A stretch of DNA of 64,000 bases from Candidatus Heimdallarchaeota archaeon (GCA_046761065.1 JBHIFL010000004.1:1-64000), one strand, 5' to 3'; shown: positions 51,226 to 62,037, counted from the first letter of the stretch. Notes: generated by a model from the letters alone, not told the origin. Numbers and translations: made by a program.

Positions 51226-52134
51226 ATGAGTTCAGCTGAAGAGGAGATTTTAAGTCGAAAGAAACTATTGATGATGGGCTTAAGTGAGGCAGGTAAGACA
51301 ACCATTCGTAGGGTTGTAATTTCCGGAAATCCTCCTGAAGAGCTCAAAAAATATGACGCAACCCTCGATTTCGAGCGGGATACGAAAAAAATAGCCGGAG
51401 AAAGCCTTACAATACTCGATATAGGTGGTCAGGAATCCTTTTTAGAGAAATACACCGGAGAAATGGCGGAATTTGCATTTTCAGGCGTGGCCTCACTTAT
51501 CTATGTAGTTGATATTGCGGACTTATCGAAATTGCCACGTTCCAAGTATTATCTGGACGCTGCACTTTCCAAACTAGAACAATTCAGCCCAGACGCCCAG
51601 GTTTTTTGTTTCATCCATAAAAAAGATCTAATCAATGCAGAAAGTCTCCAATCAACCTTGGATATGGTAAAATCCATGATGAAAGCCAATATTCCGAAAG
51701 AGATAAAATTCTATAGCACTTCCATCTATGACGGATCGGTCTTTGCAGCGATGAGTGAAGCCGTTGCGGGGTTCTTCCGGAAAAAGGAAGAAATTATTGC
51801 CAGTTTGAAAAGGTTTGCTGACAAATATGAGACCGTGCGCATTAGCGTGTATAGTAGAGAAGGTATACCCATAACAACTTTAGGAAAAGACTCCAATGTT
51901 TGGCAAGTTAACGAGAAAATGCTATTTAGTTCAATGTTTAGGATCTTGAATTTGATTGAAAGTACTGAAACGTTAGTCTCAAACTTTATTATAGGGCGGA
52001 CTCATTATATTTTTCAGGTTGTGGTGGACGAAAACACCCTTTTAAGTGCTGCGACAACCAAGACACCAGCTCTTGAACAAGTTCTTGCGGATGTGTATGC
52101 AATGAGAGACGATGTTAAATTGATAGTACAATAG
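51226..52134 (+). CDS. Rag/Gtr-like GTPase with C-terminal roadblock domain (class I)
   Basis: KLLMMGLSEAGKT, YDATL, DIGGQ, HKKD and TSIYD motifs; VYSREGIPI roadblock start. Paralogue of 36949-37908. Confidence 0.9.
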   Translation: MSSAEEEILSRKKLLMMGLSEAGKTTIRRVVISGNPPEELKKYDATLDFERDTKKIAGESLTILDIGGQESFLEKYTGEMAEFAFSGVASLIYVVDIADLSKLPRSKYYLDAALSKLEQFSPDAQVFCFIHKKDLINAESLQSTLDMVKSMMKANIPKEIKFYSTSIYDGSVFAAMSEAVAGFFRKKEEIIASLKRFADKYETVRISVYSREGIPITTLGKDSNVWQVNEKMLFSSMFRILNLIESTETLVSNFIIGRTHYIFQVVVDENTLLSAATTKTPALEQVLADVYAMRDDVKLIVQ

Positions 52135-52558
52135 AGTAATACCGGATTTAAATTGTCTTTAAAATGTTTGTATGTTCGAGAACCCTTTTTATTTGGTCTC
52201 TACTTGATTTATTCGAACCGTTTTTGGATATTCCTCCAAACGATTTAGTCTTGGAGCTTTGCATGGGAATTACCCACAATAGAAGAATGAAAGATGTATG
52301 AACTAGGATCCATTCTCACTTCTCTGTATTTGAGCGCTTAAGAGGTGCTTAAGAAAAGAAGGTATAAGGAGCTGTTACCCCATTCTACGAGACATGGGTC
52401 TAATATTTCATTAGAATTAAAAAATGCAAAGTGAGAAGGGAAACAACTCCAAGGAAAACCAAGAGAAAGTTCAAAGGAATGCTCCCACTATCTAGGACAT
52501 ACCTTTCAAAAACCGAAAAAACTTAAAATTTTAAGCTTGTGAACTAACAAGAATTGAA

Positions 52559-52966
52559 ATGTCAATGAACAAGGTGTGGAGTCAATCCGCCAAAGATCTG
52601 CTTTATGGCCTTTTCCAAAGTGAACCCGAGATTCATGGCATTGGCCTTTACAATGCCTTGGGAAAATTGGAGCTAATGTTCCATCGAACTGAATTTGCCA
52701 AAGATGCATTGAGTAAAGCTGTAGGGAGTGTGATTGCTAAGTTTGGGAGGCAGATTGTCTTCTATTGTCACGAAGAAGGTGATTTAGGTTATATTCAGAC
52801 ACCAACCCATCTCGTGTGGTTTGAACCAGTGTCCACCAACTGGATTCTTGCATATATGCTTCCTCTTGGCGGAAAAGCCATGTTCTTAATTGAAAATTTG
52901 AAAAACACATCACAATCGTTACGCTACCTACTTGAAAAGAGTAGAAGATTTCTTAATAAGCTTTAA
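52559..52966 (+). CDS. Stand-alone roadblock-like protein
   Basis: 135 aa with a helix, then PEIHGIGLYNALG strand-turn, beta hairpins and a final helix. Confidence 0.5.
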   Translation: MSMNKVWSQSAKDLLYGLFQSEPEIHGIGLYNALGKLELMFHRTEFAKDALSKAVGSVIAKFGRQIVFYCHEEGDLGYIQTPTHLVWFEPVSTNWILAYMLPLGGKAMFLIENLKNTSQSLRYLLEKSRRFLNKL

Positions 52967-52986
52967 AAAAGGCAGTACCTTGAGGA

Positions 52987-53247
52987 ATGGGAATATTGGT
53001 GCAATCTTGGTATTTACTCGTCGTTTCAGTGGTTATTTCGGCCGTATCAATGATTGCGTTTTTGGTTTGGGGCTTTCCATTTTTGTTTTTCTTCTTGTTT
53101 CTGCCTCCCATTATTTTTAGGAAACAAAAAAAATCCCCTTTCCCCCCACAAGCTACCCCCCAATATTGTCCGAATTGTGGGTACAGGCTTCAGGGATTCG
53201 AGTTCCACTGCCCAATTTGCGGTTATTCGCTTCGTTCGCATATATGA
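52987..53247 (+). CDS. Small membrane protein with C-terminal zinc ribbon
   Basis: Hydrophobic N-terminal half; CPNCG...CPICG. Confidence 0.75.
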   Translation: MGILVQSWYLLVVSVVISAVSMIAFLVWGFPFLFFFLFLPPIIFRKQKKSPFPPQATPQYCPNCGYRLQGFEFHCPICGYSLRSHI

Positions 53248-53674
53248 ACCCCTAGAAGGGAATTATGTTAACTCTATCAATGTAAGTTCTTATACCATTT
53301 CTCAGCACTGAGTGAATGATCAATAAATCCAAGCGATTTTTGTTTTCCTCGACAGGGCTAGAAGTAGCACTTACCTGACTTCACAATACTTTATCAACGT
53401 TCATGAAATAATTCGGGTTTTTAAAAGACAAAGCGATCTGGTTGTTACTTCAATCAATGATTATCAAAGGACATTCTAGGAGAACATACATGAAGTGAAC
53501 TGATGTAAAAATTGGGCTGCTTAAGTTTATAAACAACCAACTACAGAGAGAAATACAAGTATACACCTGGTTTATAGATTTTTACTTCAATAGAACCTTG
53601 TCTAAGTTTAAACTGCTTTTACAGAGATATCACAAAGGCATGGTATCGCTGGAGGCAAACTTAATATATGTACA

Positions 53675-54961
53675 ATGGGAAGCGTGAATCTGGGATCGAT
53701 CTTGTCATTCTTCAAACGCCTCTTGAAAAGAGAACCGAATATCGAAAAACTTGAGGAGTCAGGCAAAGAACTGCTAGCTCTTAGCGACTATGAGGAAGCT
53801 GGAGATCGTTTTGCGCAGGCAGCCGAAGCGGCGCTCAAGCAAAAACGAACCGATCGAGCTATTGAAGATTTCCAAGCAGCTGGGCGGATATATAGAAATG
53901 TAAATCATTGGAAAGCGGCCAGATGTTTTCTTCGAGCCGCTCAGATGTATACCGAGATTGAAAATTATGAAGATGCTTTTAAAAACTATGAAGCGAGTTA
54001 TCGACTTTTCGAAAGGCTAAAAAAAACTCGCGAGGCAGCAAACGCTATAAGTTGGATGATCCTCACGCAACTGGCATTAGCTAGGATCGATAATGCTACT
54101 TCCATTGCACATGGAAAGACTTTGAACGATAAAGATATCCCTAGGATTGCTAAAGCTTTAGTAAAGTTGGTGAATGGTTATTCAGTCAAAATTCCTCGAA
54201 AGAAAAGCCTTGAGGGGCAAAAGACGATTAAAGCAGCTATTCAAAATGCCCAAACCTATGCGGCGTTGAAAGCCCGATTGAGTACTAAAGTTGATGATAC
54301 GGTTGTTGGGAAGAACATAGATGTATTTATTCACTTTCAGACCAAAAAACGCGTTATTGTAACCTCGTTGAACCTTCACGTTACAAATCATGCCAAACAG
54401 ATTTCAGAAATTACCCCCAATCCCCCATTTCAAGTTAAAGGTAGCAAAACAGTCAAGATAACACTGGTATTGACCCTGGCGGGAGAATTAACAGTCGGTC
54501 CTTTGAGTTTTGATTTTGAAAGCGATGAACATCAATTTTCTAAAACAGCAAAGCCCATCAAGGTTCGGGTGAGACCAGCAAAGGGTCATGTGACCTTGGA
54601 ATTCGAACAACACACGGTTTACCTTAAAGATGACCATGCCTTTGCTGAAGGTGTGGTGTCATTTACTAATACCTCCCAAGGGCTGGTAGAAAAGATCGAT
54701 ATCGAACTCCATCCCCCCTCCCAAATCATCTTGGTAGGAACATCGCCCAAAAAAACCATCAACATGCTTCCGCCAGGGAGATCTGTGAATTTTCCAGTGA
54801 TTTTGAAATCCAAACACAGAAAACAACAATACATAGAAATAAGATATCAAGTTGATCAATCACCTTGTAAATCTGAAAAAATTAGTGTGGATTTTGAAAT
54901 CGAAGAACAACTGGAGCCGGAGGAGGACACAGATTGGCTAAAAGATTTGGAGACCAGCTAG
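53675..54961 (+). CDS. Alpha-SNAP-like TPR solenoid fused to Ig-like beta-sandwich domains
   Basis: YEEAGDRFAQAA, AIEDFQAAG and AARCFLRAA repeats; a beta-rich C-terminal half and an acidic tail. Confidence 0.65.
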   Translation: MGSVNLGSILSFFKRLLKREPNIEKLEESGKELLALSDYEEAGDRFAQAAEAALKQKRTDRAIEDFQAAGRIYRNVNHWKAARCFLRAAQMYTEIENYEDAFKNYEASYRLFERLKKTREAANAISWMILTQLALARIDNATSIAHGKTLNDKDIPRIAKALVKLVNGYSVKIPRKKSLEGQKTIKAAIQNAQTYAALKARLSTKVDDTVVGKNIDVFIHFQTKKRVIVTSLNLHVTNHAKQISEITPNPPFQVKGSKTVKITLVLTLAGELTVGPLSFDFESDEHQFSKTAKPIKVRVRPAKGHVTLEFEQHTVYLKDDHAFAEGVVSFTNTSQGLVEKIDIELHPPSQIILVGTSPKKTINMLPPGRSVNFPVILKSKHRKQQYIEIRYQVDQSPCKSEKISVDFEIEEQLEPEEDTDWLKDLETS

Positions 54962-54997
54962 TAGTTATTTTGCTAAGTCAGTAATTCTCAGACTACC

Positions 54998-56692
54998 CTA
55001 CAAATGTAAAAATGCTTTAATCTGATCTGAAATTCCTTCAATCTTCCGATGAAGAGTCTCACAAGCTTGTTCGGTCCCAATATAGATAACAGCTACTGTT
55101 TGAGTCAGTTTCCGAATTACTCCTAAATTCTTGTTAGTTTGCTCCCGTTCCCAGATCTGGATTGGGTTTAGGATTTCCGCGTGCTTCATAGCTTCGATGA
55201 CGGCTTGTTGAATGTTCTGATGCTGCTCGGGAGCGCCTCCGATCATAACAAGCTCCTCATTGCTCTCAAGGTCAATGAGCCCTACAGAATTTAAGTTAAA
55301 GTTAGTTTTAATGTCCTCTAAGTACTCAATGAGCTTGATGGCTCGAGATAACTCCTCCGCATCTTCTACAGATACTTCCTTCTCGAGTTGTTCACTCCAT
55401 TCAAATAAATCCGTCATGTCCTCTAGTATGCTAACCCTGGAAGGCGGCGCTTCTTCAAGTGATTCACTTTCTTCCATGACTGTTGCAGCTTCCTCGTCAA
55501 GTAACTGATAAGCTGCTGAAACCTCAGTCTCAGTGAGTTCGTTGGGTAAAATCGTCTCAGATGGAACAGGGATCGCTTCTTCTGTTTGTTCAGTAATAAT
55601 TTCATCTTCTTTCTCAAGTGACCCTAAGGCTTCTGACTGCACATCAAGTTCTTTAGTAGGATGTAATTGGGCAAGCGAGTCTTCATCAATATGCTCTTTA
55701 ACCTCTCCGACAACTTTTGAAAAGTCTTTTATGAACTCAATATCACCGAGTCTCCCCCAACGTGCTGTAGGGGGCTTCGCTTCAATAGGAGAGGGATGAG
55801 ATTCAGGTTCGGGAATTTCGATGATTTTTTCCATTTCAGCTCGGGCTGCTTTTAAAAAGTCTTCGCGAGAAAACGTTTCAGCAGAAACAATGGTAGATTC
55901 CTGCGGAGATGGAGGAGGAGACGGTGTTAGGGATTCGTATCCTTCTATCTGTTCTGGTTGTTCTTGAATTGTAAGAGCTACTGGTTCCTTTTTACGTTTT
56001 AGATGGATCTGACCATCGTCAGCCTCTGTGGCCAGTCGAGGTTGAACTAAAGGCACTTCTGCTTTTTCAGTGGGGATAGATGGGACAATCTGGAGTTCTG
56101 GTTCGGGTTTGACAGGGGAACCCACAGGGGGAACTTGCGAGGTCGCAGGGCTTGATGTAGCAGGGATAGGTGGTTTCACGACCGGCTTCGCAATCTTCCG
56201 TTTGGCAACTAGAGATAAGGCACCTCTGATCTTTAAGATTTTACTGAAGGCACGTTTGATCGAATAATCTTGGGCTGATGTTGAAACAATTAATGCCTTT
56301 CCCCGTTTCCTACGAAATTTCTTTGCACACGTTGCTAGGAAGTCTCTCTTGTGAATTGGATCGACAAATTGATCTTTTTTGTGAACCAAAATAAGAATTA
56401 TGGTTTCTGGCGTGTGTTTTTCGATTGCTTTATCGAATTTCGTGAAAAAATCTTCTTGGAATCGAAGTTTAGTCGGTTCCCGCTCACAGCTGATAACGAA
56501 GACGGGGATGGTGGTTTCCTTTAAGGTATCAGCGGAGAGGATCTTTTTTACCCGATTTTTTGAAAGGTCAAGACATAAGATATTGTTCTCATTTGGGGTA
56601 AAATATTGCGGGAAAAACTTGTGAAGGGCTTTTCGAATGGTTTTTTTCCCGCTGCCTTTTATACCAACTAAGAGAACACGTTCTGCACTCAA
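54998..56692 (-). CDS. Degenerate Rag-like GTPase with long acidic/Pro linker and roadblock-like C-terminus
   Basis: GIKGSGKKT, HKKD and STSAQD motifs are present; no DxxG. Confidence 0.7.
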   Translation of the reverse strand: MSAERVLLVGIKGSGKKTIRKALHKFFPQYFTPNENNILCLDLSKNRVKKILSADTLKETTIPVFVISCEREPTKLRFQEDFFTKFDKAIEKHTPETIILILVHKKDQFVDPIHKRDFLATCAKKFRRKRGKALIVSTSAQDYSIKRAFSKILKIRGALSLVAKRKIAKPVVKPPIPATSSPATSQVPPVGSPVKPEPELQIVPSIPTEKAEVPLVQPRLATEADDGQIHLKRKKEPVALTIQEQPEQIEGYESLTPSPPPSPQESTIVSAETFSREDFLKAARAEMEKIIEIPEPESHPSPIEAKPPTARWGRLGDIEFIKDFSKVVGEVKEHIDEDSLAQLHPTKELDVQSEALGSLEKEDEIITEQTEEAIPVPSETILPNELTETEVSAAYQLLDEEAATVMEESESLEEAPPSRVSILEDMTDLFEWSEQLEKEVSVEDAEELSRAIKLIEYLEDIKTNFNLNSVGLIDLESNEELVMIGGAPEQHQNIQQAVIEAMKHAEILNPIQIWEREQTNKNLGVIRKLTQTVAVIYIGTEQACETLHRKIEGISDQIKAFLHL

Positions 56693-57190
56693 TTTCTGCC
56701 ATCCCGTGCATCCACATTAATATTAACCGGGAGAACTTTCACCGAAGCATCTGAAGAGTTCATTATGATACTAAATGTAACTATCTCATGCCTTGATTTC
56801 AAGTAAAGGTGTTTTCCAAGAAGAAAATAGTAAATAAACCATCTCCTGAATAACCCATACAAGTATGATAATTAAGGTTTCTGGTATGCGGGTTCTAAGT
56901 TCGGGGCACGAAAAAAAATGGTTTTAAGAGTTTTAGCGTTAATTATAATTTGAAATGTATAATAACCAAGAATCAAAAGAGGAGATCTAAAGAGGGAATG
57001 GAGGAATTTATTATAAAATAGCAAAGATAGTTTGACACCATTCCACAATCCTCTCGCACATCTTTCGATTGGGAACGAATATAGGTCAAAAATTGAAATA
57101 TCTTTTTTTCCCCCAACTAGGAAAAAGTACACCCTCAGTAAGCCTTCATAAGACATGAAATATCCTAAATGAATCCCAAACATTTTTACC

Positions 57191-59317
57191 CTATCTGGAT
57201 TTCTTTTGGGCAAAAAAACTATTAATCTCACCTAATGTTTTGGAAAACCGGGCTCGTTTGCCTGGAAACGTAATATGCCGTATGAGCCAGGGACTTAGTC
57301 GGATTCGAATAGGATGCGAATAATAACGGGCATCCAGAAGAAATCCTAGAGCGAAGTCATCTTTATGTCTCCAGACACGCCCTAAGGTCTGGTTGACGGC
57401 TCGGACTGCTTCATCCATGTACCACCGCCACCCCATTTTCACTTTTGGAAATTTCGTCTCATAGTACTCTTGTTGAGCCTTGATTCGAGGGTCAGATAAA
57501 TCAGGATAGGGAACTCCTATAATTAGAACCGCCCGACCTGGCGCATCTGGGAAATCCACCCCCTCGGCCAGCGTCCCCCGACAGACCGCAAAGAGAATGG
57601 CACGTTGCTTTTGGGCCGTCTCCTTATATTCGTTGATCAGCTTTTTACCCTTATACGAGCTTTCGAAAAAAAGGGTAGCATCTTGAGCAAGGGAATCAAA
57701 AATCCCACCTCGTTGCCAAATAGAAAGTAACCGAGCCATCAATGTATAACTGGGAAAGAAGACCAATGATCCATTCGGGACGCGTTTGATGATTAATTCT
57801 ACTGTTTTTCCATACCCGTAAGCTATATGGGGATCTTTTCGGCGAGTAAATTTTGTTGACAATGGGATCCCTCGTGTCCCCGTTCCCAACGCGAATATTC
57901 TGATATTAGCGGGGGTCACAATTGAGGAATAACTTCGAGTTTCTGCTTGAGGAATTTGTAAAAATTTCGCTATGCTTTGCATAGGTGAAAGAGTCCCACT
58001 CATTAACACGACGGCATGGGGATCTCGCTGCAGAATCTCAGTGAAAGCTCGTGAAGGATCAAGACACACCCAAGACAGTTGGGTTCCGTGTTTTTTTCTT
58101 TCAAGAAACCCAATGAAAGGTTCTGCCGGGTCCTCAATCAGCGTTCTAAAAAATGTTAAAACTTCATAGGATTTCATTAACTTTACAGGGAAATTGTGTC
58201 CTCGCTGAGATACCAATTCTTTTCGAGTAGCAGTGAAGTCCTCCAAACATGTTTGTAATGTCTTAAAGAAATCGACTGGAAGCCCAAACTTAGTAAACAA
58301 GTCGTAAAGCTCATATTTCTTAACAATTTGGATTGTATGTGGTTTTAATTGTTGGAAGACATCCAAAAATTCTTTTAAGATTTCCAATAAGTTCAATGCG
58401 GAGAATCCCGCACAAAAGCTCAACTCTTGAATTGCCTCTTCAATTCCCACTTCGCTGATGACAAAGGAATATACATCCTTACAGACCTTCTCAATGTTGT
58501 GCGCTTCATCAAATACGAGGATGTTCTTCCAAATAGGAAGATCACTAATGAACAGGTAATTATAAGCGCTTATGATGATTTTCCTATGCTGCGTTAAGAG
58601 TTTTGAAAGAAAGTATGGACAAATCCGGTTCTCCTTCCCAAACTGAACCAATACATCTATATCAGCAACTTTTGGAACATTTATGGGGGCTTTCGCAGGT
58701 AGTTCAATTGGAACTCTGGTGTTCTTACAAACTAACCGCCTTTTTTCTTCCAAATCTTCTTCGAAAAAGGTATCAAGCCTTATCTTGTTTTCATTCATAT
58801 ATTCAGTTATCTGAGATTCTTTGATTTTTACTGGAAGTAATCCAGCGATACATTTCTCGATTGCTTCCTGTTCCTTACACTTCCGAATCTCTGGAACCAG
58901 ACATAACCAACGTCGGGATCCTCGAACCACACAGTCAAGGGTTAGTCCTTTTGTTTTATTGATTCGACGGATTTCTTTTGCGACTTGAGCCATCTGGGTG
59001 TGGGTACGTGTGAGATAAACGATCCGCTTCCCACAAGGAAGAAGAGCCGCTAAGGCTGCCGCAGTTTTCCCAAAACCCGTGGGGGCCTCAAAAAGCCCAA
59101 TCCGGTTTGGATTCTCGATTTCATTTGAGTTAATGAGGTGATCAAGGTCTTTCATGAAGAAAAGTTGATCTGGATAGGGATTGAATGGAAAATACAACCT
59201 AAAGCGGCCTAGCTGAGCGTTCAAGTTTTGTGTTTTTTTTATTTCGTGCTCCAAAGTATGTTCCTCATGAAGTCTCAGCTCACCAAGAGGGTTGGCCTTA
59301 TAGTATTTTGAAACCAA
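57191..59317 (-). CDS. xpd: XPD/Rad3-family Fe-S DNA helicase
   Basis: PYPDQ Q-motif, EAPTGFGKT, Fe-S cysteines including CPY, DEAH, SGTL, EGVDF and QTLGRVWR. Confidence 0.92.
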   Translation of the reverse strand: MVSKYYKANPLGELRLHEEHTLEHEIKKTQNLNAQLGRFRLYFPFNPYPDQLFFMKDLDHLINSNEIENPNRIGLFEAPTGFGKTAAALAALLPCGKRIVYLTRTHTQMAQVAKEIRRINKTKGLTLDCVVRGSRRWLCLVPEIRKCKEQEAIEKCIAGLLPVKIKESQITEYMNENKIRLDTFFEEDLEEKRRLVCKNTRVPIELPAKAPINVPKVADIDVLVQFGKENRICPYFLSKLLTQHRKIIISAYNYLFISDLPIWKNILVFDEAHNIEKVCKDVYSFVISEVGIEEAIQELSFCAGFSALNLLEILKEFLDVFQQLKPHTIQIVKKYELYDLFTKFGLPVDFFKTLQTCLEDFTATRKELVSQRGHNFPVKLMKSYEVLTFFRTLIEDPAEPFIGFLERKKHGTQLSWVCLDPSRAFTEILQRDPHAVVLMSGTLSPMQSIAKFLQIPQAETRSYSSIVTPANIRIFALGTGTRGIPLSTKFTRRKDPHIAYGYGKTVELIIKRVPNGSLVFFPSYTLMARLLSIWQRGGIFDSLAQDATLFFESSYKGKKLINEYKETAQKQRAILFAVCRGTLAEGVDFPDAPGRAVLIIGVPYPDLSDPRIKAQQEYYETKFPKVKMGWRWYMDEAVRAVNQTLGRVWRHKDDFALGFLLDARYYSHPIRIRLSPWLIRHITFPGKRARFSKTLGEINSFFAQKKSR

Positions 59318-59602
59318 ACCGGATCAACAAAATGACCAGTAGGATTCGATTGCTCAGCGAAAAAATCTGATTAGGATCAAGAGCATTCATTTCATCCCCC
59401 AAATCTAGTAGAATAGATCGGCCAATGGATCGACCCTTTTATACAATTTTTCTTTCAAAGCGAAATAGCCGCTGATAGCTTTATATCTTCGTCTCAACCT
59501 CCAAGGAACCTCTTTTACGATCTTTCACAAAAGAATCGCGTTATCCTTTTTTAGATTTAAAAGATAATATATTGAAGTCTCAAAAAGCAATGAGGTAAAG
59601 AA

Positions 59603-60586
59603 ATGACATCTGATATAGAATTGATTGATCAAAAAATTTTAGAGTTGCCAGGAGTCGGTCCATCGACCGCGAGAAGACTTTTTGATGCGGGTTTTGGAAC
59701 GATCGAGTCAATTGCTGTGGCATCCATAGGCGAACTTAGTGCCATCGCAGATATTGGCGAGAAAACCGCCGGTAAAATCGTTGAAGCGGCGCGAGGAGTT
59801 CTCAATTTTTCCTATGAATGGGCTTCCGTTTGCGATGAACGTCGGATGAATATTGATAAGATCACTACTGGGAGCAAGAGCTTAAATGAGGTGCTTGGTG
59901 GGGGAATTGAAACTGGAAGTTTAACAGAATTCTTTGGCGAGTTTCGTACTGGGAAAACCCAGTTGGCTCATCAAATTACCGTGAATGTGCAACTTCCTCG
60001 CGAACAAGGGGGACTCGATGGTGCTGCACTGTGGATAGATACAGAGAACACGTTTCGGACAGAACGACTTAAATCGATGGCCGATAAAGTCAAGCTTGAC
60101 CGCCAAGAAGTGCTTGATTCGATCTTAGTTGTAGACGCGTATAACAGTGATCATCAAATGCTTCTTGCCGAGCAGGGCCCAGCAGACTTTCGCAAACTGG
60201 CGCAAGAAGCGGGGTTGAACAAAGGACTACGACTTATAGTTGTAGACTCACTGACGAGTTATTTCCGAGCGGAGTATGTTGGACGTGGCACACTTGCTCC
60301 TCGCCAACAGAAACTGAATAAACATGTCCATACGTTGCTCAAGCATGCTAAAGCCTTGAATCTCGCCATTGTAGTGACAAACCAAGTCATGGCAAAACCG
60401 GAAATGATGTTTGGTGACCCAACTGCACCCATAGGAGGGCACGTGGTGGCGCATGCCGTCCAAACACGTGTGTACCTGCGTAAAAGCAAAGGCCAGAACC
60501 GAATTGCAAGAGTTATCGATAGTCCACACTTACCTGAAAGCGAAGCTGCCTTCAAAATCACCACTGCAGGAATTGAAGACATCTAG
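59603..60586 (+). CDS. radA: DNA repair and recombination protein RadA
   Basis: N-terminal HhH (LPGVGP), GEFRTGKTQ, IDTENTFR, VVDS..FRAEY.GRG.L..RQQ. Confidence 0.97.
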   Translation: MTSDIELIDQKILELPGVGPSTARRLFDAGFGTIESIAVASIGELSAIADIGEKTAGKIVEAARGVLNFSYEWASVCDERRMNIDKITTGSKSLNEVLGGGIETGSLTEFFGEFRTGKTQLAHQITVNVQLPREQGGLDGAALWIDTENTFRTERLKSMADKVKLDRQEVLDSILVVDAYNSDHQMLLAEQGPADFRKLAQEAGLNKGLRLIVVDSLTSYFRAEYVGRGTLAPRQQKLNKHVHTLLKHAKALNLAIVVTNQVMAKPEMMFGDPTAPIGGHVVAHAVQTRVYLRKSKGQNRIARVIDSPHLPESEAAFKITTAGIEDI

Positions 60587-60978
60587 TATACCATCAAAAT
60601 TGTAAAACGGGGTTTTGAGGGAATCTCCCGTTTTTAGTAAGGTTGGCATATTCTGTGGAATAGGTTAGACTCGGATCTCTCTCACCCTTAATTCTTCTCC
60701 CTTCAAAGAGCGGATTATCTCAATTAGCAAGTTCAGATTTACAATAAATAAGAGGACAGGAGTATCAGCCCATAGTTAGAAAAGTAAAACCAAGATGTGA
60801 TATTCTTTCTGATCCAACGCCTTCGTTGTCTCCACCATATCCTTGATATCGGTTCGAACTTGCTTGTTTGGCCTCTTCCGCATTTTGAAGTCGGTTTGGG
60901 AAATAAGGAACACCTCCTTATTATGTTATTCCTAAAATCCTTAAAAAAAAGAAGGGAGGGATTTATGGGGCACTTTGT

Positions 60979-62037
60979 TCATTTATCCGCACAAAAGACG
61001 CGAGCTCGTGCATCTATTCGTAACTTGAAGTTGGTTCCTTGAAACCAGCTCTCGAAGGTTGTACTCGAAGGCACTCCCGGTCCGCCTAGCACCCTAATAC
61101 AGGTATTCACATGAGGATTGTAGTCTGGTTCAGAGAAGAGCGCACATCCGAAAAACTTCCCTGGAGAGTGAAGAATCTTGTCAATGAGAGCAATTGTAGG
61201 CTGTTGTCGCTCTTTGGGAATGTAATGTAGCGCGTGGGACACGAATACCCCATCAAAGACAACTTTATTCCTTGGATCCCCGAGAATATAGGGCTTCAAA
61301 CCTGGAATACGTTTTCGTGCTAGTTCCACCACACCGGGGGTTGGGTCATATCCATAAAGTTCGCACTCGATTCCATGAGAGTTGAGATACCCTTGGATCT
61401 GGAGCCCACTAAAGCCAGTACCACAGCCAAAATCAAGAACCCGGAGTGGTTGGTCTTTGATTCTACCTATATTCGCAAATTTGGCAAATTCAAATGCTCG
61501 CTGACGATCGTTAATGTAAAAACTGCACCCAAGAACCGCATCCCAGGCTTCTGCGTTCATCGGACTGCCTTGCGGGACCCCAAGCAGCACCTTGTCTAAT
61601 CCCGCGCGAAAAAGTTTCACGAACACTGGAAAACTTTGCCCAAAGTCCTGAGGACACTCATTCAGCAGGTAATCCAAGGTTGTCCCGATCGGAACGGGTT
61701 TCACAAACTGTAGATTCTCGCCTTCTTTCTCGACAAAGTCTGTTGTGGCGACACAGTCCAGTGCCTCTCGAAAGAGGTCTTCGCTCTTCACGTTGAAAGC
61801 TTGTGCCATATCGGTGATGTCATGAGCTTCACCGATGCCCCAACCTTCATGTTCGAATTGAGCCCATAACCATTCCGCTACAATCCGCACAAATGTCCCA
61901 TCCATGGATAAGGTTTCCTGATGAACCTCATCAAGGGGTAGGAAACGACCAGTGAGAGTTGGTATTGCGGACTCTATGGTTCGTTCAACCATATGAAGTT
62001 CACCTCTTAAGATTTCTGTGGAGGGATGAGACTTCAC
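60979..62037 (-). CDS. Class I SAM-dependent methyltransferase
   Basis: VLDFGCGTG motif I, GYDP and FDGVFVSHALHYI. Confidence 0.88.
   Translation of the reverse strand: MKSHPSTEILRGELHMVERTIESAIPTLTGRFLPLDEVHQETLSMDGTFVRIVAEWLWAQFEHEGWGIGEAHDITDMAQAFNVKSEDLFREALDCVATTDFVEKEGENLQFVKPVPIGTTLDYLLNECPQDFGQSFPVFVKLFRAGLDKVLLGVPQGSPMNAEAWDAVLGCSFYINDRQRAFEFAKFANIGRIKDQPLRVLDFGCGTGFSGLQIQGYLNSHGIECELYGYDPTPGVVELARKRIPGLKPYILGDPRNKVVFDGVFVSHALHYIPKERQQPTIALIDKILHSPGKFFGCALFSEPDYNPHVNTCIRVLGGPGVPSSTTFESWFQGTNFKLRIDARARVFCADK

Noticed and set aside
52313-52437. Short inverted repeats (also near 30683-30780 and 35534-35577) as possible MITEs
   Set aside because: They are only 9-13 bp and partly imperfect, with no target-site duplication or second copy; they could arise by chance.
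56872-57231. 119-aa ORF downstream of xpd, and the many short antisense or nested ORFs in the track
   Set aside because: These lie in AT-rich intergenic sequence or are shadow frames of well-supported genes, and have no motifs.
60979-62037. Methyltransferase as the N-methyl-bacillithiol enzyme
   Set aside because: It is 57 kb from the bsh cluster and only generic class I motifs are visible.
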